From Octopus vulgaris (Eukaryota): DNA of 64,000 bases. A model generated the notes under the pieces. The model searched no databases, had not been told where the DNA came from, and was given only the letters and a program-made list of their open reading frames with translations. The translations under genes were made by a program, and so were the position numbers. The stretch covers positions 13,144,001 to 13,208,000 of the forward strand of contig OX597843.1 in NCBI GenBank assembly GCA_951406725.2, written 5' to 3'. Below are positions 42,818 through 59,094 of the stretch, piece by piece; within the stretch, counting starts at the first letter, position 1; each line of letters begins with the position of its first letter.

Positions 42818-43200
42818 CATTATTATTATCATCATTATTATTATTATTATTACTATCATTATTATTATTATTATTACTATCATTATTATTATTATTATCA
42901 TTATTATTATTATTATCATTATTATTATTATTATCATTATTATTATTATTATCATCATTATTATTATTATTATTACTATCATTATTATTATTATTATTAC
43001 TATCATTATTATTATTATTATCATTATTATTATTATTATCATTATTATTATTATTATCATTATTATTATTATTATCATCATTATTATTATTATTATTACT
43101 ATCATTATTATTATTATTATTACTATCATTATTATTATTATTATCATTATTATTATTATTATCATTATTATTATTATTATCATTATTATTATTATTATCA

Positions 43201-43243
<43 letters not shown>

Positions 43244-44690
43244 TATTATTATCATTATTATTATTATTATTATCATTTGCGTTGTTTTCCCTTATTGTTG
43301 TCCACTGTGGATACTTTGTCACTGAAATTGCTGTCAATGAGTCACGTATATGAGTATTTCGACTCTCAATCTGTCGGTGCAAAGACACACACACACACAA
43401 TCACACACACAAACACTTGCATGCACACACACACACATGTGCACATACAATCACACACACACATTTGCACACACATGCACATACAGACACACATACATAA
43501 ACACACACTTGCGTGCACACACACATACATACACACATGCTCGTGTGCACGCACAAACACACATACACACACATACACAGGTAGGTAAACACATACGCAC
43601 ACAAAACACACAAAGATCTCACACACACACACACAAACACATACACACACTCACACATGCACAGACACACACACACAGGTAGGTAAACGCACACGCACAC
43701 AAGACACACACAAAATCTCACACACACACACACCTGCCACATTTCCCCCACCCCCAAACCTTATTCCACCTCCTCCTACTTCTCCTCTCCCCTTGATCAG
43801 GTCCATCCCCCACCCTCCCACCACTGTCCCCTTCGTCAACGCCACACTTCTCCACTAAAGCCAGCCCTTATCAATCCACCGAACCCCTCATAGCTTCCCC
43901 TACTATTACCCCCACACACACACACATGCTTCGAACTCCACACCCCACCCACCACCACAAACCCTTAGGGCACCCCCCCGCCCACCACCACCACCACCAC
44001 CACCACCACTACCATTGCCTCAGTTTCCACCGCCGCCGCCACCTTTTAGGTCTCCATCTGCCAACTCTACCCACATGGCTCTAGTACCTTCTTTTACACA
44101 TCACCACCACCACCACAACTACCACTACTACAACTATTACTACCACCATCTCCACTACTACTACTACTACTACTACTGCAACCACCACTGCCATTACTAC
44201 GTCTACTACAACTAGTACTACCACCACTACTACAACTACTACCACCATTACTACTACTGCAACCACCACCACTACTACTACGACTACTACTACTACTACC
44301 ATTATTACTACTACTACCACCATTACTACTACTACTACTGCAACCACCACCATAACTACGACTACTACTACTAGTACTACCACCACTACTACAACTACTA
44401 CCACCAATACTACTACTGCAACCACCACCACCACTACTACTACGACTACTACTACCACCATTACTACTACTACTACCACCATTAGTACCACTACTACTGC
44501 AACCACCGCCATCATTACTACGACTACTACTACTACCACCACTACAACGACTACTACCATTACTACTACTACTACTACTACCACCATCATTACTACTACT
44601 ACTACTTCTACCACTACCACCACTAGTACTACTATTGCTACCATTACCACCACCATCATCATTACCACAGCTACCACCACCCAACATGCT
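41610..44690. repeat. (CTT)n, (ATT/ATC)n, (CA)n and (ACT/ACC)n tracts
   Basis: Directly visible. Confidence 0.93.
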
Positions 44691-45004
44691 TGACATAGCA
44701 GCCCCCAAAACCCCTCAAATCACAACACTATTTCCTTCATTAATCAAATAATGGAGGGTCACTTTAAATAATGTAGTCCTAGATACACAATGCCTGCAAA
44801 GATATGCATTTATAAGTACAACAAAGTGATGGTCATACATGGATTGCATTCGATCATATGTCACCTGGTAGTGTAAATAAGATTGGTCATCATGTGGCCA
44901 GTCCATATGCTAGAAATGGGAGTGAGATATCCCTCAATACCACCCAATTGGGTTGTGAAAATAAAATGGTGCATTAAATAATGTAATCCTAGATGTACTT
45001 GTCC

Positions 45005-45349
45005 AGAGACCACTATGTGGTCCCTAGAGCTCTCAGAAATACCAGCCAAATCTTCTTCAAATCACACCTTACTGTCTTATCTATGAGCCAATAAGGGAGA
45101 CCTCTACATGGTAGCTAGACCTGGCAGAAATAGCAGCCAAATCTCCCTCAAATCACATCCTACTCTCTTATGTATGCATGAGCCAATGAGGGAGACCTCT
45201 ACATGGTAGCTAGTCCAGGCAGAAATAGCAGCCAAATCTCCCTCAAATCACACCCTACTCTCTTATGTATGTATGAGCCAATGAGGGAGACCTCTACATA
45301 GTAGAGATAGCAGCCATATCTCCCTCAAATCACACCCTACTGTCTTATG

Positions 45350-45395
<46 letters not shown>

Positions 45396-45478
45396 GACCA
45401 ATGAGGGAGACCTCTACTTGGTAGCTAGACCTGGCAGAAATAGCAGCCAAACCTACCTCAAATCACACCATACTGTCT

Positions 45479-45514
<36 letters not shown>

Positions 45515-45915
45515 TATGTATGGACCAATGAGGGAGACCTCTACATGGTAGCTAGACCTGGTAGAAATAGCAGCCAAACCTACCTCAAATCACACCATAC
45601 TGTCTTATATATATATATGTATGGACCAATGAGGGAGACCTCTACTTGGTAGCTAGACCTGGCAGAAATAGCAGCCAAATCTCCCTCAAATCACACCCTA
45701 CAGACTTATGTATGTATGAGCCAATGAGGGAGACCTCAACATAGTAGCTAGACATGGTAGAGATAGCAGCCAAATCTCCCTCAAATCACACCAGTCTGTC
45801 TTATTTATGCATATATGTATATATGAGCCAATGAGGGAGACCCCTATTTGGTAGCTAGACCTGGAAGAAATAGCAGCCAAATCTCCTTCAAATCACACCC
45901 TACTGTCTTATGTAT
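45005..45915. repeat. Minisatellite, about 100-bp unit with variable (TA)n spacer
   Basis: Recurring CCAATGAGGGAGACCTCTACATGGTAGCTAGACCTGGCAGAAATAGCAGCCAAATCTCCCTCAAATCACACC. Confidence 0.85.
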
Positions 45916-46392
45916 GACATCACCACCATCAAGAATACCACCACCACCACCACCACCACCTCCACAGCTACCAATACTATGCATTTAGTCATAAACCCAC
46001 CGCCACCACCCCATCTACACCCTCTAACGTAGACAAGGGGTCTGCCAGTCTATGTAATGCTACATCTTGGTGTCCCCTATCGCACGCCCTTCTTCTTCCC
46101 CCCCCCTCCCCCGCGAGCATTCCCCACCTCGCCTCCCGACCCCTCTGCAGCTCTCGTTACTGAGATCGATCAAATAGGGATATAGATTTGAGTAAAATGA
46201 TATCATCAATGATTGAATGTTGGCGCACAGATGCACACGCATGCAAGTGTATGCATATGCACAAATGTGCATATATATATATATACTCACATACATGCAC
46301 ACACATACGCATACACACGTACATGTACTCATGCACACAGTCTCTCTCTCTCTCTCTCTTTTCTCTTTTGTATCTCTCTTTTTCTATGTATA

Positions 46393-46478
<86 letters not shown>

Positions 46479-47744
46479 TATACATATGTATATGTATATG
46501 TATATATGTATATATGTGTTATATATATATATATATATATATACACATAGGCGCAGAAGTGGCTGTCTGGTACGTAGCTTGCTTACGAACCACATGGTTC
46601 CGGGTTCATCCCCACTGCGTGGCACCTTGGGCAACTGTCTTCTATATGTATGCATATTTATATATATACACATGCATACATATATATGTGTATATATATT
46701 TATATGTGTGTGTGTGTATATATGTGTATATATATATATACACACATACATATATATATGTGTGTGTGTGTGTCTGTCTGTCTGTCTATCTATCTCAGGC
46801 CAAGTGAAGCCATAATCATGGCCATTGCCAGTGTCATGCAAATGGCACCCATACCAGTGACACACAAAGGGCACCCACTACACTCTGTGGAGTGGTTGTC
46901 ATCAGGAAGGGCATCCAGTCATAGAAACCAAAGCCAAAATCAGACTGGAGCCTGGTACAGGTCTCCTGCTTACCTGTTCCAATCAACTGTCTAACCCATG
47001 CCAGCATGGAATATGGACGCTAAATGATGATGATGATAATATATGTATGTGTATTGTTTTTCCCTGTCCTGTCTTTTACTGTTTATATCTTTGTACTGTC
47101 GTTACTGTCCTGTTTTTTTACCATTTTTTTACTATTTTTTACCCTTCTGCGAAAAGATCTCAGAATTTTAATTGATTTGCTTTTCGCAGGAAGGAAAGTT
47201 TCTTGTCGAAGATACGTCTCGCTTTTATCCTTCGAAACGTAGAGTAGATGAAACCATAGCGACTGAAGAAGGGTTTTTTTCTTTGTGTTAATTGTCCTGT
47301 ACTCCATTTTTTGTTTTTTTTAAAAAAATGTCCAGTTCCTTTCGTTTGTGTCTATGTTTTCGTTTCTCTTTGTGTTCGACGTCCCTTTGGTGTCCTGTAC
47401 TCATATATGCGTGTATATGTACATGTAGAGGTAGGTACGTACATATATGTTTATATATATGCATATGTTTTATTTAATTTATTAATATATATTTTTTTTT
47501 TTTTTTTTTCTGTACTTGTTTCAGTCATTTGACTGCGGCCATGCTGGAGCACCGCCTTTTAGAGTGGTGAAAGAGTACAGCAGGGATCACCACCTCCTGC
47601 CGGAGCCTCGTGGAGCTTTTAGGTGTTTTCGCTCAATAAACACACACAACGCCCGGTCTGGGAATCGAAACCGCGATCCTCCGACTGCAAGTCCGCTGCC
47701 CTAACCACTAGGCCATTGCGCCTCCCATATATATATATATATAT

Positions 47745-47954
47745 AACGGGAAGGTTTACAAAAATAAACAAAAGACGAAGGCAGGTGGAGTACAAACAAG
47801 CAAATGTATTAGTATGGCGCTCAGGAATAGAAATAGAACAAGTCTTTTACGTTTCGAGCCTACGCTCTTCAACAGAAAGATACACAGAAAAGAAACAAGG
47901 AGAGAAACAAGGAGAGAAAAAATGCATGTAGGAGCTAACGGTCCATCATGGCGT
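47745..47954 (-). mobile_element. Short TA-embedded element with a minimal HHR-like motif (47843-47880)
   Basis: TCTTT-CTGTTGA-A-GAGC(GTAG)GCTC-GAAA-CGT-A-AAAGA. Confidence 0.6.
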
Positions 47955-47989
47955 ATGTGTGTGTATATATATATATATATACATACACA

Positions 47990-48030
<41 letters not shown>

Positions 48031-49205
48031 GTATAAGTTAAATATAGAGATATTGTATTGACAATCCAATAATTTGTTTATATTACAATATTACATTAAA
48101 CGCTATGAATATAATATGCAACATAATATAATATTATATAAATAATTATAAAACCGTAAAAGGCCAACAAATTGTTTCAACTTACATATATATTTTTTCT
48201 GATATACATAATCACAGTCCCGTCATATATATGTCACTTTGGGGTCCTTGGTTCAGAAAGACGAAATCCTGTGTGAATGGACGGCTGGATTGTAAAAAAA
48301 AAAAAACATAATATTTAATATAATACTATAATATAAATAAATTATTGAATATCTCTCTATTCAATTTATCTTTATTATTGAATTATACCAATATTTATAT
48401 GCTATCCAACTGAAGTACTAATGAATTGGATGTTTAGCACACTCCTTTGAACGATTTCTTTTCCTCAAAAGATATACAAGCAAAACGCCCCCTAATCCAA
48501 TGGACGGTGCTGAGTTGTCAAACATTTAAACCAAATTTTCTCAAAACAACTTGTCCGACCGTCCCATAGTCTTCCCCTTTGAGAAACACTGATTTAACCT
48601 AAGAAATAAAGATAGACTTTTTTTTCTATTCCAAAGAAAAGCAAATTTAATCACACAAATATGCAACCAAAGAGTTTAAAGTACCAGTAATGATAAGGCT
48701 GTTGACTGGGGGAACACAAACATGGTTGAAACAGTAAGCTTGGCAGGAAAGAAACATGCCTTTAAGCAGAAAAAAAATAACAAAAAATGGAAGGTGCAGT
48801 TATGCACAGGTTGACAGAAGAAAAGCAGGACAAAAACGATGCATGCAAATGGGTTAGCTGGAGGTAAACCTAGATGGAAAAGCATGATGAATTTATGAGA
48901 ACGTACCTGGGACAATAATAAGTTTATCCGATAAAACATGTAGGAAACTGCATGTTCATTTTTCTCGCATACGCATGGTATCGATAGCAACAGCTGATGT
49001 ACTTGCACGTACAAATGCACGTTCCCACGGCTTTATAGATCGCATTCTCACCTGGAATCGATTTTTGTAATTTTTTCAAGACTTATACACCCCCTGATAC
49101 TGTCGGTATCTATATATCAAATTTGAGCGCAATCGGATGGAGGATGCCCGAGATTCTTGAAGACACACACACACAGACAGACTGAATGGATTTTATATAA
49201 TATAT

Positions 49206-49321
<116 letters not shown>

Positions 49322-49337
49322 TTCAAATATATATATA

Positions 49338-49610
49338 CTAGCACTATGACCCGGCAACACTGGGTCATAGTGCTAGTGCATGCATATACAGCTGCGTGCG
49401 CACATACACGCGAGTACTGTCCAAATCTCCAACCAATCACATACAGCTAGCTGGCATTCAATTGGCGTATCAAGTTTCGGGCATTTTGATTGGGTTTTGG
49501 ATAGAAAATTCACAAAAAAGTCACTTCTATTGATTTTTTAATTGGACCACCCTTGGACGGTTTTGAATGACCATAGAAAGTGCGAGCCCTCTAACTGAAA
49601 AATTGTGGAT
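49338..49610 (-). mobile_element. Helitron-like 3' end
   Basis: CTAGCACTATGACCC..GGGTCATAGTGCTAG hairpin ending CTAG|T; similar ends at 7689 and 27891. Confidence 0.5.
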
Positions 49611-49617
49611 TTGTATA

Positions 49618-49655
<38 letters not shown>

Positions 49656-50601
49656 TTTCAGCTTCGCCTCGTATTGCATATTATTTCTCCATACGGATTT
49701 TTTTTTGTTTTTTTTTTTTCAATGGCGGCCCATTTCCGCGGGGTTCCACTATTTCCCTTCTCTCTCTCTCTCCCTCTTTTACGCTGTCTGCCATCCCCCC
49801 TCTTCCTTTGCTAAGAGCATTTTTAAGCCAGCCCGTCATATTCCCGGTGCACCCGCCCTTGCCCACCCCCACCACCAATACCGGATATCTCTATATTTTT
49901 GCTCCATCTATACCGGATGTCGCTTCTCCCACCACCATTATAGGTGTCTACTCTTCGAACCCCCTCTTCAATACGCTATTTCACCATGCATTACCCCTCT
50001 CTTGATATCCTACGTTCTACTTGCCTAGAACCTGTCATCATTTCTCTGAACCACCCCTCCCCACTGGTGCTCCCCTATATTTCTACCCCTCCCCACATAA
50101 AAAGCACCATCCGAACGTGGCCGATGCCAGACCCCTCTGGCACCTGTGCAGGTGGCACGTAAAATACACCCACTACACTCGCGGAGTGGTTGGCGTTAGG
50201 AAGGGCATCCAGCTGTAGAAACACTGCCAGACTAGACTGGAGCCTGGGGCAGTCCCTAGCTCCCCAGACCCCGGTCGAAACCGTCCAACCCGTGCTAGCG
50301 CGGAAAACGGACGTTAAACGATGATGATGATGATGATGATCACACACACACAGACATTTTGCCGTTTCTATATATATATATATAGAGATATAATAAATGT
50401 GAATGAGAAGTTGCCTGAGGGCTATAAACAATATCACACACACATATACAAGGCATTTGTTTTGTCTATTTGTGGGCAGGCTGTGATTGTAGGTGTCAGA
50501 GGATATATTCTCATCAATTCACCTGGCATTGAAACATCTGGAAATCACAGACAAGCAAGACAACTCACGCCAGGTCCCATTACAGGAGTGATAGATATTA
50601 A

Positions 50602-51080
50602 CCCTTTTGTTACCATATTTCTGTTGAGATACTCTGTATTTCTTTCAATTAATTTTAAATATTTTAAAATATAACAAAGAATTTAGTAAAATTATTTAGT
50701 TATCAATCAGCTAGTGTTAGGAACATAAATTGTGACTTAGGTTTGGTGGAAGATTTTAATTCAAAACTTATTGAAAACAAGACATTTGTACGACAGAACC
50801 AGAGCTGGTTTCAGCTAGGTTGGTATCAAAAGGGTTTAAAATATCATGGTGACTTTAACCCTTTTGTTACCATATTTCTGTTGAGATGCTCTGTGTTTCT
50901 TTCAATTAATTTTGAATATAGCAAAGAAATTAGTAAAATAACTTAGTTATCATTCAGCTAATGTTGGGAACATAAATTGTGACTAAGGTTTTGTGGAAAA
51001 TTTTAATTCAAAACTTATTGAAAACAAGACATTTGTACTCATAGCCAGAGGCGGTTTCAGGTGGGTTGGTAACAAAAGGG
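50602..51080. mobile_element. Two adjacent piggyBac-like MITEs (50602-50834, 50859-51080)
   Basis: TTAA|CCCTTTTGTTACCA ... TGGTAACAAAAGGG|TTAA. Confidence 0.75.
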
Positions 51081-52443
51081 TTAATGTTTCGTCAACTTTG
51101 TGACTAGTCAATACCACATACCAAAAATGAGGCCAGATGCAAGCTAGATCACCTTCTATGATACTATGCAAAATGGTGTAAGAATCATCTGCTGGTTAGC
51201 CTTGTTTTGGATATGCAGGATTGACAAGTTACAAAGGGGACAAAACATCAATGTTTATTGCTCCCATAATGGGACCTGATGTGGGTTAGGGGCAAAGTTT
51301 GGCATATGGGCTTTGATTGTAATAAAGACTTCTTTCTTTGTTAGTTTTTCTAACCTAGTAAAGGACATCAGCAGAAGAATCTCTTAGGGGTATTATTCTC
51401 ACAATTATGAGGCCATGAGTTCAATTCCCAGTGATGCGCTATATCCTTGAGCAAGACACTTAATATCACATTGCTCTAGTCCACTCAGCTGAAAAAAAGA
51501 GTTGTGCCATATTTTTGTCTTTATTGTCCACAGGGGGCTAAACATAGAGGGAACAAACAAGGACAGACGACAGGATTAAGTCGATTACCTCGACCCCAGT
51601 GCATCATTGGTACTTATTTAATTGACCCCAAAAGGATGAAAGGCAAAGTCGACCTCGGCAGAATTTGAACTCAGTACGTAATCTATTTCTTTACTACCCA
51701 CAAAGTGCTAAACACAGAGGCGATGAACAAGGACAGACAAACGGATTAAATTGATTATATCGACCCTAGTGCATAACTGGTACTTAATTTATTGACCCCA
51801 AAAGGATGAAAGGCAAAGTCGACCTCGGTGGAATTTGAACTCAGAAAGTAATGGCAGATGAAATACCGCTAATCATTTTGCTTGGCGTGCTACATTTCTG
51901 CCATCTCGCCGACTTATTTCAAAGGGACCAGCCTTGTCACATCCTGTGTCACACTGAATCTCTTTGAGAACCACATTAAGAGTACACGTGTCTGTGGAGT
52001 GCTCAGCCACTTGCATATTAATTTCACAAGCAGGCTGTTCCCTTGATCAGATCAAAAGGAACCCTCATCATTGTTACTGATATAGTACCAGTCATCGCAG
52101 AATATCCTGCACCAGAGATTCTCAGGCAATCCCTTTTACCGTTTTCCTTCCTCTGTTCTCCACATCATCACAGTAGTGGCTGATGTTAAATAAAATGTGA
52201 CCTTCCTGACAAAACCTCCACAGAAACATGATGTCTTGCAGAGACTGGGATAGTCTTCACACGAAGAATTTCCTCACTTGTAATTCTATCTGCTGAGGAG
52301 ACATAGAATAACATGTAGACTTTACTGGTGGAATCAGTCCAGCTTTTATAAAGATAAAAAAGATAAATGTATGCATGTGTGTGTGTACACACACACATAT
52401 ATATACACACACATACATACATATATATGTGTGTGCATACATA

Positions 52444-52493
<50 letters not shown>

Positions 52494-52744
52494 CCTTCGA
52501 AACGTAGAGTAGATGAAACCATAGCGACTGAAGAAGGGATTTTTTCTTTGTGTTAAATGTCCTGTACTCTATTTTTTTGTTGTTTAAAAAAATGTCCAGT
52601 TCCTTTGGTTTGTGTCTATGTTTTCGTTTTCATTGTGTTCGACGTCTTTTTGGTGTCCTGTACTCATATATGCGTGTATATGTACATGTAGAGGTAGGTA
52701 CGTACATATATGTTTATATATATGCATATGTTTTATTTAATTTA

Positions 52745-52797
<53 letters not shown>

Positions 52798-53242
52798 ACC
52801 TTGTGTGTCTGTGTGTGTGTCTGTGTGTTTAACTTCCCAGCACATCTCCTCCTAGCCAACAAATCGTAGAACCACCTAAAATGGGTCACTTAAAGTTTAG
52901 GCGAATGAAAATTGAACTGTGCTATTTCTGTTCCGAAATTCATCTCGCAAGTGCAAAAATCGATAATGTGTTTGTTTAGGCCTTATCCCATGCATTCAAT
53001 AGTGAACTTTACTCAGTCAGCTGTTTGACATGAACTGTGTTCACCATGCGTGCAAGCATGCGTAAATTGCATGAAAAATAAAAAATCAAGATATAAAAAC
53101 AAATCACCGTAAACATTGTAGAAATTCGGCAAAGAAATGAATTTTCGGGATGTAGCCTAGAGGGTTTTTTCGTATTAATCATTTGGACTTTGTGAACACA
53201 TACCAATTGTTTTCATAACATTTTTAACGCTTTGAATTAAAT

Positions 53243-53604
53243 ACTCTTTACTCTTTTACTTGTTTCAGTCATTTGACTGCGGCCATGCTGGAGCACCACC
53301 TTTAATTGAGCAACTCGAACCCAGGACTTATTCTTATGTAAGCCCATTACTTATTCTATCGGTCTCTTTTGCCGAACCGCTAAGTAACGGGGACATAAAC
53401 ACACCAGCATCGGTTGTCAAGCGATGTTACAAACACAGACACACAAACACATGCATATATATATATACATATATACGACGGGCTTCTTTCAGTTTCCGTC
53501 TACCAAATCCACTCAGAAGGCTTTGGTCGGCCCGAGGCTATAGTAGGAGACACTTGCCCAAGGTGCCACGCAGTGGGACTGAACCAGGAACCATGTGGTT
53601 GGTA
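53243..53604 (-). mobile_element. SINE family A, 5'-truncated
   Basis: Matches the other copies. Confidence 0.82.
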
Positions 53605-53849
53605 GTGACCATTTTGCGTTGAGTTTGCAGTTTGAATCACTTTAACCAAATTTTAGCAGGCCGGATGTTTCATCATCCCGATACATCGCCAGCGACTCCC
53701 TGAAACTCTCCCCTGAAATCCCCGTTGAGAAATCTATATATATAAAACTCAACTTGTGTGTCTGTGTGTGTGTCTGTGTGTTTAACTTTTGGATCTACCA
53801 AGTTTCATTATTAAGGATGGAAAGTAGTGCGTAACAAATCTATATATAT

Positions 53850-54257
53850 AGGCGCAGGAGTGGCTGTGTGGTAAGTAGCTTGCTAACCAACCACATGGTT
53901 CTGGGTTCAGTCCCACTGCGTGGCATCTTGGGCAAGTGTATTCTGCTATAGCCCCGGGCCGACCAATGCCTTGTGAGTGGATTTGGTAGACGGAAACTGA
54001 AAGAAGCCTGTCGTATATATGTATATATATATAAGTGTGTGTGTATATGTTTGTGTGTTTGTCCCCCCAGCATTGCTTGACAACCGATGCTGGTGTGTTT
54101 ACGTCCCCGTCACTTAGCGGTTCGGCAAAAGAGACCGATAGAATAAGTACTGGGCTTACAAAGAATAAGTCCCGGGGTCGATTTGCTCGACTAAAGGTGG
54201 TGCTCCAGCATGGCCGCAGTCAAATGACTGAAACAAGTAAAAGAGTAAAAAGAGAGT
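53850..54257 (+). mobile_element. SINE family A
   Basis: Full copy. Confidence 0.87.
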
Positions 54258-54771
54258 ATATAAAGCTGAAGTTGTTTGTGTGTGGCAGGTTTGGTAGCCT
54301 TCAACTAACACTATCTCCTCCGAGACCCTGCGGTGCAAGTTGACCAAAATTGAGAGTATGATAGAAGAAGGCTTACTCTTCATTCTGTAGAAGATAAAAT
54401 TCAAATCGGACCATGTTAACACCAAAAATTATTTACATCACAAAGGTGCTTTTTTTACTATAAAAATCCCTATTTTTTACGATTTTTGACTGCTGTGTCA
54501 CCATTTTTCGGTGTATTTCAACAGGAAAAATGTTCACTTAAAGAGAATTACAAGCTACATAATGCAAAATTTTTACTTTTCAAAAATTCCAATTATAAAG
54601 GGCTGAAACAAACCTGAGCAACACCATGCGATACTGCTACTATATATATATATTGTGTTTAATTTTTTTTTTATGTCCTGTACCCATATATGCATGTATA
54701 TATACATATATATGTACATACATATATGTATGTATATATGCATATAACTATATCTCTATATATATCTATAT

Positions 54772-55186
54772 TACTCTTTTACTCTTTTACTTGTTTCAGT
54801 CATTTGACTGCGGCCATGCTGGAGCACCGCCTTTAGTCAAGCAAATCGACCCCGGGACTTATTCTTTGTAAGCCTAGTACTTATTCTATCGGTCTCTTTT
54901 GCCGAACCGCTAAGTGACGGGGACGTAAACACACCAGCATCGGTTGTCAAGCAATGCTAGGGGGACAAACACAGACACACAAACATATACACGCACATAC
55001 ATATATATATATACATATATACGACAGGCTTCTTTCAGTTTCCGTCTACCAAATCTACTCACAAGGCATTGGTCGGCCCTGGGGCTATAGCAGAAGACAC
55101 TTGCCCAAGAAGCCACGCAGTGGGACTGAACCCGGAACCATGTGGTTGGTTAGCAAGCTACTTACCACACAGCCACTCCTGCGCCT
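54772..55186 (-). mobile_element. SINE family A
   Basis: Full copy. Confidence 0.87.
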
Positions 55187-55438
55187 ATTATATATATATA
55201 TACGTACATATATGCATCGTCAATTAGAGTCTGACGAGCTATCCATGCGGCTTAGTCTTTTATGAATGTGAAACCATTGGTCAGTTTATGATCGGACAGA
55301 CTTAACTCCATATAAGTATATATATATATATATACATACACATACATACATATATCATATGTACATGTCTGTGTATACGTATATGTATATATTTATACAT
55401 ACATATATATACAAACATACATACGTATATATACAGCA

Positions 55439-55478
<40 letters not shown>

Positions 55479-55689
55479 CACACACAGGCATAGATACACA
55501 CATCCACATGGGTGTTATTGACATGTTTTGCAAACAATTCATATGGTATTGTTAAATATAATGTATAATATCGCTATTATATATATGATCGTGCATGTGT
55601 ATGGAATATATATGTGTTAATGAATATTTATGTATTCATATACATATACATACATTTATATACATGCATATATAATTATATATCATATA

Positions 55690-56875
<1,186 letters not shown>

Positions 56876-57099
56876 CTGTAAACAGCTAAATCTCTCTGGT
56901 TACATCGTAATTGTCCAGTTCAGGGGAAAACAAACAGAACATGACTGGACAAGCGGTTGATTATGAAACGCTGTGTCCAGCGGGGGTTTAGAAACACACA
57001 CACACACACAAATATATACACACTCGCAAATAAATACGCACCCACAAAGATACTAATATACACGCACACATGCTCAAGTGTACGTGTTGAAAACCCATA

Positions 57100-57161
<62 letters not shown>

Positions 57162-57412
57162 TATGTATGTATGTATAAATATATATATATATATAGATAT
57201 ATATATATATACATATATATATGTAAGTATGTATGTACATATATATGCAAACACACATATATGTATATATATATATATGTGTATATATATAAGTACATAT
57301 ACATAGATATATATTCACACACATGCATATATGTAATGTATACAGGCACACACACACACACAGATATATACATATATACATATACATATATACATATACA
57401 TATATATATATG

Positions 57413-57460
<48 letters not shown>

Positions 57461-57787
57461 CATATATATATACATATATATATGTATATATATATATAAA
57501 TGTATGTATTTGCGTATATACATATTCATATATGTATATTTACATATATGAGTATATAAATTTATTTATATATATATGTGTGTGTGTGTGTGAGTGTGTG
57601 TGAGTGTGTGTGTGTGTGTGTGTGTGCACATGTCTATGTCTGTGTGTGCATGTGCATATGTGTGTTTGTGGGGGGGGTCTGTTTACCCTTATGGTAAATG
57701 CTTCTGTAATTCTAGGATTCTTTTTCAGTATAAATCCATCATTTTTACATTTAGGTATTCGCCCGACCTTCCCAAGTATATATGCCT

Positions 57788-57821
<34 letters not shown>

Positions 57822-58319
57822 TACGTGTATGCTTATATATATTATGTATATGTGTACATTATATATACATATATATATATATACATAAACACACACACAC
57901 ACACATATGAACACATACATGAATGCATACACCCTAATACACAGACATAGCCAGACATGCCCACACATACAAATACACATATACTCATATGAACAGCCTC
58001 CTCACAAACACATACATACACACACATACATACAAATACACATATACACATATGAACAGCCTCCTCCACAGACACACACTCACACTCACATACACATACA
58101 AATATACATATACACATATGTACAGCATCCTCTGCACACATACACACACACAGACCCACACACACACACATACAAATATGCATATACACATAGGTACAGT
58201 TTCATCTGCACACATACACACACATATAAATACACATATATACAGCTTCCTCCACAAACACACACTCGCACTCACACACACAGACACACACACATGCTTA
58301 CAAATATACACATACACAT

Positions 58320-58751
58320 AGGCGCAGGCGTGGCTGTGTGGTAAGTAGCTTGTTTACCAACCACATGGTTCCAGGTTCAGTCCCACTGTGTGGCATCTTG
58401 GGCAAGTGTCTTTTGCTATAGCCCCGGGCCGACCAATGCCTTGTGAGTGGATTTGGTAGACGGAAACTGAAAGAAGCCCGTCGTATATATGTATATATAT
58501 ATATGTATGTGTGTGTGTGTGTGTGTATATGCTTGTGTGTCTGTGTTTGTCACTCTGGCATTGCTTGACAACCGATGCTTGTGTGTTTACGTCCCCGTTA
58601 CTTAGCGGTTTGGCAAAAAAGACCGATAGAATAAGTACTGGGCTTACAAAAGAATAAGTCCCGGGGTCGAGTTGCTCGATTAAAGGCGGTGCTCCAGCAT
58701 GGCCGCAGTCAAATGACTGAAACAAGTAAAAGAGTAAAAGAGTAAAAGAGT
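58320..58751 (+). mobile_element. SINE family A
   Basis: Full copy; ATACACATAT-like sequence on both sides. Confidence 0.87.
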
Positions 58752-58854
58752 ATACACATATATACAGCTTCCTCCACAAACACACACTCGCACTCACACA
58801 CACACACACACACACGCATACAAATATACATATACACATAGGTACAGCCTCGTC

Positions 58855-58889
<35 letters not shown>

Positions 58890-59094
58890 AGTCACTGGTG
58901 ACGTGTGTAGGCCAACCTGGCAAATTTTTTGTACTGATTAAACCGTTTACTTGCTTCACTGCCCAATTAATAATGGTCGGTAATTAGAGATTCAAAGACA
59001 ACAACAACAACAACAACAACAAGGCAAACACTATTAGCTGCCGCAATAAGTACATCAGCAACAACAACAACAGCAATTACTCTTCCACTTACAG

